Shown piece by piece: positions 7,282 to 17,734 of a stretch of 64,000 nucleotides of DNA; the stretch's first letter is position 1; each line of letters opens with the position of its first letter. A model generated the notes under the pieces. That model saw only the letters and a list, made by a program, of their open reading frames with translations, was not told the DNA's origin and made no database searches. Source of the DNA: an uncultured beta proteobacterium (GTDB lineage Bacteria; Pseudomonadota; Gammaproteobacteria; Burkholderiales; Casimicrobiaceae); the NCBI GenBank assembly GCA_963765065.1, contig CAVXVH010000009.1, positions 6,279 to 70,278 on the forward strand, read 5' to 3'. Position numbers and translations under genes: made by a program.

Positions 7282-8562
7282 TCAGACTGCTGCCGGGCGG
7301 GAATCGGCAGGCATGCCCACGATCCGCACCTCGCGCTGCGGGAACGGCACGCCGATGCCGTGCTGCTGGAACGCCTTCCACAGGGCGAGGTTGAGGTCGC
7401 TCCGCAGGTTGAGCTGGCCGTTCTCGGGGTCGCGGATCCACACGCCGAGTTCGAGGTCGATGCCGCTCTCGGCGAAGCGCAGCACGAACGCCGCAGGCGC
7501 CCGGCCGTCGGCGGTCTCGACCCGGGGGTTGGCGCGAGCGACCTCGATCAGCAGCGCCAGCGCCCGCTCGAGGTCGGTGCCGTAGGCGACCTGGATCTGG
7601 ATCGCGACCCGTGCGTCCCGCGCCGACAGCGAGTGGTTGAGCACCGTGGTCGTGACCATCGTCTCGTTGGGCACGATCGCCTCGACGCTGTCGAGGCTGC
7701 GCACGACCACGTAGCGCGACGTGACCTTGGTGACGGCCCCGTAACGGTCGCCGACGGTGACGAGGTCGCCCAGCCGGATCGAGCGGTCGAGCAGGATCAC
7801 GAAGCCGGCGATGTAGTTCGACGCGAGCTTCTGCAGGCCGAGGCCGATGCCCACGCCGAGTGCCCCGCCGAACACCGACAGCACGGTGAGGTCGAGGCCG
7901 ATCGACTGCAGTGCGGTCAGCACGCCGATGATGACCAGCACGGCCTTGATGAATTTCGACGCCAGCGCCTTGTGCGACAGGTCGAGGTCGGTCTTCATGA
8001 GCCGCGACTCGATCAGTCCCGCGAACCACAGCGTGGCGGCGATGGTGAACAGCACGGCGACGATGCCCTTGAGCAGCGCGAGCAGCGTGAACCTGGAGGC
8101 GCCGAGCGGCAGCGTGACCGAGTCCAGCTCCTCTGCGAGCTGTGGCGTCACGCCGAGTACGTGCAGGGCGACCAGCGCCCACACGACGAGGCTCACCGTG
8201 CGCTCGGACGACTTCAGCCACTGCGCGTTGGGGACCAGGCGCCGCAGCATGTAGACGAGGATGCGGATCGCGGCGAGCGCCAGCGCCAGCACGACCCCGG
8301 CATCGAAGAACAGCGGCGCACCGTGGGTGCGCCAAATCGCGCGCCCGAAGTAGAGCAGCAGCAGCGCGACCACCGGCATCACGATGCGGAACGCGCCCTT
8401 GGCAAGCCCCGAGGGCACGACGCCTTCGCGCCGGCGGGCGACGATCGCCCGGTCGACCGCCCAGCCGGCGGCGAAGCACAGGAGCACGAGGGCGAGCTCG
8501 ACCCATCCGGACGGGGTCGACAGCGCTTTTTCGACGCGTTCGAAGCTGATCGGGGCGAGCAC
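7282..8562 (-). CDS. MscS-family mechanosensitive channel
   Basis: GALGVGIGLGLQKLASNYIAG, IRLGDLV, IVPNETM, FAESGIDLEL. Confidence 0.9.
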   Translation of the reverse strand: MLAPISFERVEKALSTPSGWVELALVLLCFAAGWAVDRAIVARRREGVVPSGLAKGAFRIVMPVVALLLLYFGRAIWRTHGAPLFFDAGVVLALALAAIRILVYMLRRLVPNAQWLKSSERTVSLVVWALVALHVLGVTPQLAEELDSVTLPLGASRFTLLALLKGIVAVLFTIAATLWFAGLIESRLMKTDLDLSHKALASKFIKAVLVIIGVLTALQSIGLDLTVLSVFGGALGVGIGLGLQKLASNYIAGFVILLDRSIRLGDLVTVGDRYGAVTKVTSRYVVVRSLDSVEAIVPNETMVTTTVLNHSLSARDARVAIQIQVAYGTDLERALALLIEVARANPRVETADGRAPAAFVLRFAESGIDLELGVWIRDPENGQLNLRSDLNLALWKAFQQHGIGVPFPQREVRIVGMPADSRPAAV

Positions 8563-8606
8563 GCGCGAAGTCTACCCGAACGCGGCGGGCGTCAAGGACG
8601 CCACGT

Positions 8607-8825
8607 TTGTCGTCGTTCCCGCGCAATGCGGCCACGGTTGTCGTCGTTCCCGCGCAAGCGGGAACCCAGTGTCGTTCGGTCGCAAGCCACTGGGTTCCCG
8701 CTTGCGCGGGAACGACGAGGTTGCGGAGAGTTCCCGCTTGCGCGGGAACGACGAGGTTGCGGAGAGTTCCCGCTTGCGCGGGAACGACGAAGCTGCGGAC
8801 AGTTCCCGCTTGCGCGGGAACGACG
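8607..8825. repeat. dRS3/REP-like cluster with four palindromes at 36-bp period
   Basis: GTTCCCGCTTGCGCGGGAAC at 8694, 8730, 8766, 8802 with near-identical 16-bp spacers. Confidence 0.9.
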
Positions 8826-8837
8826 AGGGTCGAAGGG

Positions 8838-10106
8838 TTACGCTGTGGTTTCCTGGTCGCGCTCGACGATGGCGGCGAAGAACCCGTCGCAGCCGTGCGT
8901 GTCGGGGGCGAGCTTCAGCGTCGGCCCCGTGTCGAGGGGAATCTTCGCCCGCGCGAGCTCCCTCGCGGCGTCGACCGTGTGAAAGTCCGGGTGCGCGGCG
9001 AGGAACGCTGCGACGATGTGCTCGTTCTCTTCCGGGAGCAGGCTGCACGTCGCGTAGACCAGCCGGCCCGTCGGTTTGACGAGCTTCGCCGCCGCCTCGA
9101 GGATCGAGGCCTGCTTCGCGGTCAGCTCGGCCAGTGCCACCTCGTCGTGACGCCACTTGAGGTCCGGATTGCGCCGCAGCGTGCCCGTCCCGGTGCAGGG
9201 CGCGTCGACCAGCACGCGATCGGCCTTGCCGGCGAGCCGCTTCACGCGCGAGTCGCGCTCGTGCGCGATCTCCTCCGGCTGCACGTTCGACAGCCCCGAG
9301 CGGGCGAGGCGCGGCTTGAGATTGGCGAGGCGCTTCGCGTCGACGTCGAGCGCGTAGAGCCGTCCCTGCGAGCGCATCAGCGCGCCGAGTGCGAGCGTCT
9401 TGCCGCCCGCCCCGGCGCAGAAATCGACGACGAGGTCGGTGCGCTTCGGCGCGATCAGGTAGGCGACGAGCTGGCTGCCTTCGTCCTGGACCTCGAGGCG
9501 ACCGTCGGCGAGCCACGGATGGCGCGCGATCATCGGCCGCCCGGCGATGCGCAGGCCGTGCGGCGCGTAGGGGGTCGGAGTCACGCGGAAGGACTCGGCG
9601 GTCAGCGCCGCGAGTGCGTCGTCGCGTGACGTCTTGAGCACGTTCGCGCGGAGGTCGAACGGCGCGGGCACGGCGAGCGCCTTGGCCAGCGCTTCGCGAC
9701 GCGCCTCGCCGTAGGCCGCGCCGAGCCGGTCCCAGAGCCAGTCGGGCAGGTCGGCCGCGACCGCGGGCGGAAGCGACGTGGCGAGGCGACCCTTGAACCC
9801 GGCGAGCCACTCGCGCTCCGCTTCGCGCGTGACGGACTCGAGCTCGCGCACCGAGTGGCCGAGATCGCGCACCAGCACGGCCAGTGCCAGCTTGCGCGGC
9901 TCGGTGGTCTGCGCGAGCGCATCGAGCGAGCGCATCCGGCGCAGGAACGCGAACACGCCCTCGGCGACGAGCGCACGGTCCTGCTGCCCCATTGCCTTGT
10001 GCTCGTTGAAATAGGCGCGCAGCACCGCATCGGCGGGAGCGGCGAATGCGCGCACGCGCTCGATCGCGGCGGCGAGTCCGGCGACGTGGTGTGGCCTCAG
10101 GGTCAT
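8838..10106 (-). CDS. RsmB/NOP-family RNA m5C methyltransferase
   Basis: EVQDEGSQL, DFCAGAGGKT, VLVDAPCTGTGTLRRNPD, VYATCSLLPEENE. Confidence 0.93.
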   Translation of the reverse strand: MTLRPHHVAGLAAAIERVRAFAAPADAVLRAYFNEHKAMGQQDRALVAEGVFAFLRRMRSLDALAQTTEPRKLALAVLVRDLGHSVRELESVTREAEREWLAGFKGRLATSLPPAVAADLPDWLWDRLGAAYGEARREALAKALAVPAPFDLRANVLKTSRDDALAALTAESFRVTPTPYAPHGLRIAGRPMIARHPWLADGRLEVQDEGSQLVAYLIAPKRTDLVVDFCAGAGGKTLALGALMRSQGRLYALDVDAKRLANLKPRLARSGLSNVQPEEIAHERDSRVKRLAGKADRVLVDAPCTGTGTLRRNPDLKWRHDEVALAELTAKQASILEAAAKLVKPTGRLVYATCSLLPEENEHIVAAFLAAHPDFHTVDAARELARAKIPLDTGPTLKLAPDTHGCDGFFAAIVERDQETTA

Positions 10107-11335
10107 TGCGTTGCCGTCGTGCCAGGTTCGTCGATGTGGATCGCGTCGAGCAGGGCGATCAGCGTGCCGCGGGTGGCGTGCTCGGTGCGGATCTTCACCG
10201 GGATGTAGTTGAGCGCCGGCGCCAGCCAGACGTAGGACTCGGTCTTGCCGTCCTCGCTCGTGCGGTGCCAGACCTCGGCCTCGACCGGGCCGTGCGTCCA
10301 CTCGATCGTCTCGGTGCGCACGCGCGTCACGGTGACGCGATTGACGCGCCGCGTCGTCGCGATGGCGAAGCTGTGGCTTTCGGCCGTCGGCGGCTTGAAG
10401 TAGAACTGCCAGATCAGCGTCAGCGGATCGAACGTCGGCAGTTCGATCGGCTCGGTCTTGCCTTCGTGCAGCGTCGCGATGCCGATCTCCCAGTCGAACG
10501 TCGCGCGCTCGGTACCGCGCTTGTTGAACTTGTCGACGACTAGTTCGAGCGGCTGCAGGCCCTCGCCGTTGATGACGCCGCGGCTCTCCACCCGTCCCTG
10601 GCCACGCACGAACAGCGCCGCGAGACCGTGCGCCTCGGCGATCGTGAATACGCGGTAGGTTCCGGCCGCGTGCTCGAAGCGGTAGGTCGCGCTGCCGACG
10701 TGGAAGGCCTGCGTGCCGAAGAACACCTTGTAGGCGAGGTCGACGCGCGGCGGCAGGGTCTTCGCCGGGATGGCCGGCGCCTCCGGCGCGGCGACCTCCT
10801 CCGCGAGCACCGGCGCCGGCGCGGGTTCTACCGTCGGCGCGGACTCGCCGTCGGCAGTAGGTACCCCACTCGCGACGGTTTCGCCTTCCCAGGCAGGTTG
10901 CGCGACTTCGGGTTCGGCGGGCGCTTCGATCGGCGCCGGGGCGCTCGGCGGCACGCTGCGCGGCGGCCGGGGTCGTGCCTTCGGTGGCGGCGGTCGTGGG
11001 GCGGCGGACGCAGCAACGGGGGGCGGCGGCAGCTCCTTGACGGACACCGTGAGCGGCGTGGTGTCGCGTGTCGCGGGGAGAGACTGCGGCGCGAGGCTCA
11101 CTGCCGCGTGGACCGCGACCGACAACACGAGCGCGATCAGCAGTCCGCGTCGCGCACGCCACCAGGGCGGCTGGCCGTCGCGCGGGCGCTCGGGGGAGTT
11201 CTTCGTCGTCCCCGCGAACGCGGGGACCCAGCGTCGTACGGCGGCAAGACACTGGGTTCCCGCTTGCGCGGGAACGACGACGGTCGCGTCCCGCGGTGCG
11301 AGAACGACCTCGTCGTGGTGTCTAGGGTTACGCAT
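10103..11335 (-). CDS. DUF3108-like exported protein with Pro-rich linker and an in-frame palindromic repeat near the N-terminus
   Basis: TM segment LLIALVLSVAVHAAV, P/A-rich linker, C-terminal DUF3108-like domain (VWLAPALNYIPVKIR); starts overlap neighbours. Confidence 0.75.
   Translation of the reverse strand: MRNPRHHDEVVLAPRDATVVVPAQAGTQCLAAVRRWVPAFAGTTKNSPERPRDGQPPWWRARRGLLIALVLSVAVHAAVSLAPQSLPATRDTTPLTVSVKELPPPPVAASAAPRPPPPKARPRPPRSVPPSAPAPIEAPAEPEVAQPAWEGETVASGVPTADGESAPTVEPAPAPVLAEEVAAPEAPAIPAKTLPPRVDLAYKVFFGTQAFHVGSATYRFEHAAGTYRVFTIAEAHGLAALFVRGQGRVESRGVINGEGLQPLELVVDKFNKRGTERATFDWEIGIATLHEGKTEPIELPTFDPLTLIWQFYFKPPTAESHSFAIATTRRVNRVTVTRVRTETIEWTHGPVEAEVWHRTSEDGKTESYVWLAPALNYIPVKIRTEHATRGTLIALLDAIHIDEPGTTATQ
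11205..11278. repeat. dRS3/REP-like palindrome doublet inside a CDS
   Basis: GTCGTCCCCGCGAACGCGGGGACCCAG...CTGGGTTCCCGCTTGCGCGGGAACGAC. Confidence 0.85.
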
Positions 11336-12074
11336 CGGTCCAACTGCTGCAAATCGGGTCGGGCGGCGGGCACAACAAGGCGCCGACCGTCACCGCCGCA
11401 TCCTGCACCGAGACGTGCCCTGCGTCGAGCGTCAGCCGGCCCGCACAGTACCAGCGCACGGCGGCCGGCAGCACGCGGTGCTCCTGCACGAGGACGCGGG
11501 CGGCGAGTGTCGCCTCGTCGTCGCCGGGCAGCACCGGCACGGCGGCCTGCGCGACGATCGGACCGACGTCGACCGCCGGCGTCACGAAGTGCACGGTGCA
11601 GCCGTGCACCTTCACGCCGTCGGCGAGCGCCCGGCGATGCGTGTGCAGGCCCGGGTAGGCGGGCAAGAGCGACGGGTGGATGTTGAGAAGCCGTCCCGCG
11701 TAGTGCGCGACGAACGCATCGGTGAGGACGCGCATGAAGCCGGCGAGCACGACGAGGTCCGGCTCGCCGCGGTCGACGACGCGCGCGAGTTCGGCATCGA
11801 AGGCCTCGCGCGAGGCGAAGCGGCTGTGCTCGACGACGGTGGTGGCGATGCCGCGCTGGCGCGCGAATTCGAGCCCGGCCGCCTGCGGCCGGTTGCTCAC
11901 CACGTGCGTGACCGCCCCCGCGAATCCGGGCTGCAGAGATGCGTCGGCGAGCGCGGCCAGGTTGCTGCCGCGGCCGGAAACCAGCACCGTGATGCGTCGT
12001 GGACTCACTGGACGACCCTCCGCGCTAACGCGCTGCGGGGTGGATTCGCCCTCGGGGCGGCCCTTCGGGCTCAT
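11328..12074 (-). CDS. purN: Phosphoribosylglycinamide formyltransferase (alternative GTG start at 12008)
   Basis: VLVSGRGSNL, VLAGFMRVL, NIHPSLLPAYPGLHTH, HGCTVHFV. Confidence 0.95.
   Translation of the reverse strand: MSPKGRPEGESTPQRVSAEGRPVSPRRITVLVSGRGSNLAALADASLQPGFAGAVTHVVSNRPQAAGLEFARQRGIATTVVEHSRFASREAFDAELARVVDRGEPDLVVLAGFMRVLTDAFVAHYAGRLLNIHPSLLPAYPGLHTHRRALADGVKVHGCTVHFVTPAVDVGPIVAQAAVPVLPGDDEATLAARVLVQEHRVLPAAVRWYCAGRLTLDAGHVSVQDAAVTVGALLCPPPDPICSSWTDA
12009..12074 (-). repeat. 66-bp ATGA-junction element, in-frame at the purN N-terminus
   Basis: Contains CCCGAAGGGCCGCCCCGAGGG, identical to 23351-23371; bounded by ATGAG and GTGAG. Confidence 0.7.
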
Positions 12075-12129
12075 CGCGTTCGAGCGTGTCGCCCTTGTTG
12101 CGGGTGTACGGTAGCGATGCGTGCGAGCG

Positions 12130-13182
12130 TCAGCCGACGACGGTCGCCGCCGCGCCGGCTTCGCGCGGTGCGATTCCGCCGATGCGATGCACGGTCTCGC
12201 CCGCGGCTGCGAGCAGCAGGCAGGCGCGGTCGGCGTGTTCCGGCGCGACGATCACGACCATGCCGATGCCGCAGTTGAACACGCGGTGCATCTCGTCCTC
12301 GTCGACGCCGCCCTGGGCCTGCAGCCACGAGAAGACCGCGGGCCGCGGCCAGCGCGACTTGTCGAGCCGTGCCTGCACGCCTTCCGGCAGCACGCGGGGC
12401 ACGTTCTCGGTGAGCCCGCCGCCGGTGATGTGCGCCATGCCCTTCACCGGCAGGTCGCGCATCAGCGCGAGCAGCGGCTTCACGTAGATGCGCGTCGGCG
12501 CGAGCAGCGCGTCGCCGAGTGTCGTCGCGCCCGCGGCGTCGGCATAGGGCGCGGCGAGATCCGCGCCGGAACGCTCGACGATGCGCCGGATCAGCGAGTA
12601 GCCGTTGCTGTGCGGGCCGCTCGACGCGAGGCCGAGCACCACGTCGCCAGGAACGATGCGCTGACCGTCGATCACCGCACTCTTCTCGACGACGCCGACC
12701 GCAAACCCGGCGAGGTCGTACTCGCCCTCGGGATACATGCCCGGCATCTCGGCGGTCTCGCCGCCGATCAGCGCGCAACCGGCCTGCTCGCAGCCGGCGG
12801 CGATGCCGCGGATCACCTGCGCTGCGACGTCGACGTCGAGCTTCCCGCAGGCGAAGTAGTCGAGGAAGAACAGCGGCTCGGCGCCCTGCACCAGGATGTC
12901 GTTGACGCTCATCGCGACGAGGTCGATGCCCACGGTGTCGTGGCGCCCGAGCGTGAACGCGAGCTTGAGCTTCGTGCCCACGCCGTCGGTACTGGCCACC
13001 AGCACCGGCTCGCGGTAGCGCTTGCCGATCTCGACGAGCGCGCCGAAGCCGCCGATGCCGGCCAGCACTTCGGGGCGCAGCGTGCGCTTGGCGAATGGCT
13101 TGATGCGCTCGACGAGCGCGTCACCCGCGTCGATGTCGACGCCGGCGTCCCGGTAGGACAGCGGGGAGGCGTTGGTGGTCAC
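12130..13182 (-). CDS. purM: AIR synthetase
   Basis: [45 protein letters not shown]. Confidence 0.97.
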   Translation of the reverse strand: MTTNASPLSYRDAGVDIDAGDALVERIKPFAKRTLRPEVLAGIGGFGALVEIGKRYREPVLVASTDGVGTKLKLAFTLGRHDTVGIDLVAMSVNDILVQGAEPLFFLDYFACGKLDVDVAAQVIRGIAAGCEQAGCALIGGETAEMPGMYPEGEYDLAGFAVGVVEKSAVIDGQRIVPGDVVLGLASSGPHSNGYSLIRRIVERSGADLAAPYADAAGATTLGDALLAPTRIYVKPLLALMRDLPVKGMAHITGGGLTENVPRVLPEGVQARLDKSRWPRPAVFSWLQAQGGVDEDEMHRVFNCGIGMVVIVAPEHADRACLLLAAAGETVHRIGGIAPREAGAAATVVG

Positions 13183-13343
13183 GGCTGGCGCGGCGCGGGG
13201 TGCCGCCCGGGTTGGCGTTGTGGGGCGGCAGCGGGGCGCGGTATTCTGCCGGGCTTGCCGCGCCGTCTGGAACAGAGGTCGATTCTAGCCCAAGTGGCAG
13301 ACTCGCCCGCGGCGGCACCCCCCGACCTCTCGCCAACGACCCG

Positions 13344-14486
13344 ATGCCGCCCACCGAGCCGCTGCACTCGCCCGACGACGAGACGACCGGCGTACCCGTC
13401 GCGGCAGCGGGACCCGTCGCGCGCCAACACCGGCCGCTCACCACGCGCCACTACGTCGCGATCGGCGTCGCCGCGGCGATCTTCTTCGCGCTGCTGCACC
13501 AGCTCGGCCCGGTGCTGACGCCCTTCCTGGTCGGGGCGATCCTTGCCTACCTCGGCACGCCGATCGTCGACGCGATGGAGCGTCGCGGCGTGCATCGCGC
13601 GATCGGCACGACGCTCACGATCGTCGCGTTCGGCGTCGCGATCGCGGGGCTGCTGCTGGTGCTGATCCCGCTCGTGCAGGCCGAGGTGGCACTCGCGAGC
13701 AAGCGCCTGCCGGATCTCTTTGCGCAGGCCGGCGAGCGACTCGTGCCTTGGGTCGAACGGACCTTCGGCGTCACGCTCGCGCTCGACCTCGCGACGGTGA
13801 AGGCGGTGATCGCGGACAACCTGGAGAGCGTGCGCGACGTCGGCCTGCGCGTGCTCTCCGGCGTGAAGAGCGGCGGGCTGCTGCTGCTCGCGATACTGAT
13901 CAACCTCGCGCTCATCCCGGTGGTGATGTGGTACCTGCTGCGCGACTGGAACGTCATCGTGCGGCGCATCGACGACCTGCTGCCGCGCCCGTTCGAGCAC
14001 AAGATCCGCGAGATCGCGCGCGAGATCGACTCGGTGCTCGCCGAGTTCCTGCGCGGCCAGCTGTCCGTGATGCTGGTGCTCGCCGTCTATTACGCGATCG
14101 CGCTGCGGGTGGTCGGGCTCGAGCACGCGTTCGCGATCGGCATCCTCACCGGCCTGCTGGTGTTCATCCCGTACGTGGGCTACGGTCTCGGCCTGACGCT
14201 CGGCCTGATCGCGGCGCTGCTGCAGTGGACCGGCTGGCCGTTCTTCCTCGCGGTGCTCGGCGTGTACCTGGTGGGCCAGCTGATCGAGAACTACGTGCTC
14301 ATCCCCTGGCTGGTCGGCGACCGCATCGGTCTGCATCCGCTGGCGGTGATCTTCGCGCTGCTCGCGTTCGGGCAGCTGTTCGGATTCGCCGGCGTTCTGC
14401 TGGCGCTGCCGGTGTCGGCGGCGCTGCTGGTGGGGCTGCGGCAGATCAAGGCCGTGTACATGGCTTCGCCGCTCTACGATGACTGA
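13344..14486 (+). CDS. AI-2E family (PerM-like) transporter
   Basis: Multiple TM segments, FLRGQL, IPYVG, GDRIGLHPLAVIFALLAFGQLFGFAG; conserved purM-perM-hda context. Confidence 0.9.
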   Translation: MPPTEPLHSPDDETTGVPVAAAGPVARQHRPLTTRHYVAIGVAAAIFFALLHQLGPVLTPFLVGAILAYLGTPIVDAMERRGVHRAIGTTLTIVAFGVAIAGLLLVLIPLVQAEVALASKRLPDLFAQAGERLVPWVERTFGVTLALDLATVKAVIADNLESVRDVGLRVLSGVKSGGLLLLAILINLALIPVVMWYLLRDWNVIVRRIDDLLPRPFEHKIREIAREIDSVLAEFLRGQLSVMLVLAVYYAIALRVVGLEHAFAIGILTGLLVFIPYVGYGLGLTLGLIAALLQWTGWPFFLAVLGVYLVGQLIENYVLIPWLVGDRIGLHPLAVIFALLAFGQLFGFAGVLLALPVSAALLVGLRQIKAVYMASPLYDD

Positions 14487-15198
14487 CGAGGCCCGGCAAC
14501 TCACCTTCGCGCTCGCACCCGCCGCGGTGCCGACGTTCGCGAACTTCGTCACCGGCCCGAATGCCGAGGCCGTGGCGACACTGAAGCGCTGCGCGAGCGT
14601 CGCGGGCGGCGACGCGGCGGGCGTCGTGGTGCTCTGGGGTGCGCCGGGGGCCGGCAAGTCGCACCTGCTGCAGGCGGCCGTCGAGGCGGCGCGGACCGCG
14701 GGCCGCGCCGCGTCGTACGTCGCCACGCCCGCGTCGCTGGGCGACGCGAGCGTCGAGGCGTCGGCGCTGGTCGCGATCGACGACGTGGACCGCGCCGACG
14801 CGCCGGCGCAGGCCAAGCTCTTCACGCTGTTCAACGCCCTCGCCGCGCAGGGAGGTCGGTTCCTCGCCACCGCCGCGGCGCCGCCGGCGAGCCTCGCCCT
14901 GCGCGACGACCTGCGCACCCGGCTCGGCTGGGGCCTGGTCTACGAGGTGCGCCCGCTCTCGGACGCGGAGAAGCCCATGGCGCTCGCCGCCTATGCCCGC
15001 GAGCGTGGCTTCACGCTGCCGGACGACGTCATCGCGTACCTGCTCGCCCACGGCCGGCGGGACATGGCGTCGCTGGTGCGCACGCTCGCCGCGCTCGACG
15101 CGCACTCGCTCGCGCTGCGGCGACCGATCACCGTGCCGCTGATCCGCGACTGGCTGCAACGGGACATCGGCCTCGGCAATCCCGCGCCGCCCGCCTGA
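14479..15198 (+). CDS. hda: DnaA regulatory inactivator Hda
   Basis: QLTF clamp-binding motif, Walker A GAPGAGKSHLL, DLRTRLGWG. Confidence 0.92.
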   Translation: MTDEARQLTFALAPAAVPTFANFVTGPNAEAVATLKRCASVAGGDAAGVVVLWGAPGAGKSHLLQAAVEAARTAGRAASYVATPASLGDASVEASALVAIDDVDRADAPAQAKLFTLFNALAAQGGRFLATAAAPPASLALRDDLRTRLGWGLVYEVRPLSDAEKPMALAAYARERGFTLPDDVIAYLLAHGRRDMASLVRTLAALDAHSLALRRPITVPLIRDWLQRDIGLGNPAPPA

Positions 15199-15359
15199 CC
15201 GTGTCAACGCGGGTACGTCCAGGGACGTTGTGGGGGCGGAGCATGCCCAGAGCGTCGCAGCCTCGCGTCCGGTCGGAGTGACTTTGCCGGATTGCGGGTG
15301 ATGCAAGGCGCCGCAGGGCGGCCCCACCCGCAACGCACACCACTACGAAAGCCACTGCC

Positions 15360-15881
15360 ATGAACAAGCTCGTCGCCACGCTCGTCGCCGGCCTCTTCGC
15401 CGCCTCGTCGAGTGCCTTCGCCCAGATGGCCGCACCCGCCCCGGCTCCCGCTCCGGCTCCTGCCGCCAAGGCGCCTGCCGCGCCCGCCCCGGCGCCTGCT
15501 GCCGCACCCGCACCGGCCGCGAAGGCGGCGCCCGCGGGCAACGTGAAGGCGATCCAGCCCGGGCTGCTCGAGGTGTCCGGCCCGCGCGTCAACGAAGTCA
15601 TCGCCGCCGGCATCCAGAAGATCACCGCGACGCCCGGCAAGGGGGTGCGTTCGATCGCGGTGCAGTCGCCGTGGGGCAACAGCACCTTCGCCTGGCCGAA
15701 GGACGTGAAGCCGGTCGCGTTCACGATCACCACCGGCAAGGGCGGCACCGCCACGATCAGCGCGCCCGGGTTCACCGATGCGAACAAGGCGGAGTACAAG
15801 ACCGCGATCGACGCCGTCGTGCCGGTCGCGATCACGAAGACCTCGGACAACAAGGCGGCGAAGGAACACACCCGCAAGTAA
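15360..15881 (+). CDS. Secreted hypothetical protein with Pro/Ala-rich linker
   Basis: Signal peptide MNKLVATLVAGLFAASSSAFA, APAP repeats, C-ending codon usage typical of the genome. Confidence 0.8.
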   Translation: MNKLVATLVAGLFAASSSAFAQMAAPAPAPAPAPAAKAPAAPAPAPAAAPAPAAKAAPAGNVKAIQPGLLEVSGPRVNEVIAAGIQKITATPGKGVRSIAVQSPWGNSTFAWPKDVKPVAFTITTGKGGTATISAPGFTDANKAEYKTAIDAVVPVAITKTSDNKAAKEHTRK

Positions 15882-15939
15882 CGCTGCACCGATCCGGGTC
15901 GCGATGAGGTCATCGCGGGCCGAGACCGCCGTTCCACAG

Positions 15940-15972
15940 GGCCCCCGGCACACGCCGGGGGCCTTGTTGTTT
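15940..15972 (+). terminator. Intrinsic terminator
   Basis: GGCCCCCGGC-ACAC-GCCGGGGGCC followed by TTGTTGTTT. Confidence 0.65.
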
Positions 15973-16044
15973 CGGCGTAGGTCGCTGTCGCCTGCGTGCG
16001 CGCCGCGGTTACGGCGCGATGTGCCAGCCTGTCAGAATAGCCGC

Positions 16045-16524
16045 ATGCACGAGGAGCCCATCGTCCGCCCCGCGGTCACCGTTGCCGCGATCGTCGAGCG
16101 CGACGGTGCGTTCCTGCTCGTGCGCGAGCGGACCAAGGCGGGGCTGCGCCTGAACCAGCCCGCTGGCCATCTCGAGCCGGGCGAGACGCCGGCGCAGGGC
16201 GCGGCGCGCGAGACGCTCGAGGAGTCGGCGTGGCACGTCGAGCCGTTCGCACTGGTCGGCGTCTACCGTTGGGAAGCGCCCGATACCGGCGCGACCTTCG
16301 TGCGCTTCGCCTACGCGGCGCGCCCGCTCGGCTACGCGCGCGGGCAGCCACTCGACCACGGCATCGTCGACGCGCTGTGGCTCACCTACGACGAGCTCGC
16401 GGCGCGGCGCGACGAGCACCGCAGCCCGCTCGTGATCCGCTGCATCGACGACTACCGCGCCGGGAGGCGTTTCCCGCTCGACTTCGTGCAGGACGTAGTC
16501 GGGCCCGGAGGGGGCCTCCCTTGA
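16045..16524 (+). CDS. NUDIX hydrolase (NudJ-like)
   Basis: [23 protein letters not shown] Nudix box; upstream of mnmA. Confidence 0.9.
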   Translation: MHEEPIVRPAVTVAAIVERDGAFLLVRERTKAGLRLNQPAGHLEPGETPAQGAARETLEESAWHVEPFALVGVYRWEAPDTGATFVRFAYAARPLGYARGQPLDHGIVDALWLTYDELAARRDEHRSPLVIRCIDDYRAGRRFPLDFVQDVVGPGGGLP

Positions 16525-17663
16525 GGAAGGAGCGCGTGATCGTCGGCATGTCCGGCGGCGTCGACTCGTCGGTCGCGGCGTGGCTGCTGAAGGAGCAGGG
16601 CTACGACGTGGTCGGCGTGTTCATGAAGAACTGGGAGGACGACGACACCGAGGCGTACTGCACGTCGCGCGAGGACTTGGTCGACGCTGCCAGCGTCGCC
16701 GACGTGATCGGCATCGACCTCGAGGCGGTCAACTTCGCGGCGCAATACCGCGAGCGCGTGTTCGCCCATTTCCTGCGCGAGTACCAGGCGGGGCGCACGC
16801 CGAATCCCGACGTGCTGTGCAACAGCGAGATCAAGTTCGCGGCGTTCCTCGAGCACGCGCGCACGCTCGGCGCCGACCGGATCGCCACCGGCCACTACGC
16901 GCGGGTGCGACGCCCCGCGGGGGAAGGCGCGTCGGTCGAATTGCTGAAGGCCGTCGACGCGACCAAGGACCAGAGCTATTTCCTGCATCGCCTCACGCAG
17001 GCGCAGTTGGCACCGGTGCTGTTCCCCCTGGGCGACACGCCCAAGCGCGAGGTGCGCGCGATCGCGAAGCGGGTCGGCATCCCGACGTGGGCGAAGAAGG
17101 ACTCGACCGGCATCTGCTTCATCGGCGAGCGGCCGTTCCGGGACTTCCTCGCGCGCTACCTGCCGCGCGAGCCGGGGCCGATCGTCACGGCGGAGGGGCG
17201 CGAGGTGGGCCGCCACACGGGGCTCGCCTACTACACGCTGGGACAGCGCCAGGGCCTCGGCATCGGCGGCACGCGCGGCGCGGGCGATGCGCCGTGGTTC
17301 GTCGCCGGCAAGGACCGCTCGCGCAATGCGCTGATCGTCGTGCAGGGGCACGATCACCCGCGGCTCTACCGCGATACGGTCGCCGCGCAGGAGGCGCACT
17401 GGATCGCGGGCGCAGCGCCGTCGATGCCCGTGCGGCTCGGCGCGAAGACGCGCTATCGCATGGCGGATGCCGCGTGCACCGTGCACACGTCCGTGGACAC
17501 GACCGATGGATTCATTCGCGCAACGTTCGACGCGCCGCAGTGGGCGCCGACACCCGGCCAATACCTGGTGCTCTACGACGGCGACACGTGTCTCGGCGGG
17601 GGCGTGATCGTCGAGCCATCGGGGGCAGCCAACCCCGCGATCGCGGACTGCGCGACCGGTTGA
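16521..17663 (+). CDS. mnmA: tRNA 2-thiouridylase
   Basis: [48 protein letters not shown]. Confidence 0.96.
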   Translation: MRKERVIVGMSGGVDSSVAAWLLKEQGYDVVGVFMKNWEDDDTEAYCTSREDLVDAASVADVIGIDLEAVNFAAQYRERVFAHFLREYQAGRTPNPDVLCNSEIKFAAFLEHARTLGADRIATGHYARVRRPAGEGASVELLKAVDATKDQSYFLHRLTQAQLAPVLFPLGDTPKREVRAIAKRVGIPTWAKKDSTGICFIGERPFRDFLARYLPREPGPIVTAEGREVGRHTGLAYYTLGQRQGLGIGGTRGAGDAPWFVAGKDRSRNALIVVQGHDHPRLYRDTVAAQEAHWIAGAAPSMPVRLGAKTRYRMADAACTVHTSVDTTDGFIRATFDAPQWAPTPGQYLVLYDGDTCLGGGVIVEPSGAANPAIADCATG

Positions 17664-17734
17664 GGCCAGCGGGGCGCGCCCAAACGATGCAGCGCGCGCC
17701 GCGTCGCCCCCGCGCACGATGCCAACAACACGAC

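Noticed and set aside
8694-8825. Possible CRISPR array (also 5748-5955)
   Set aside because: Spacers are near-identical and only 16-31 bp, there are no cas genes, and the repeat is the dispersed palindrome family.
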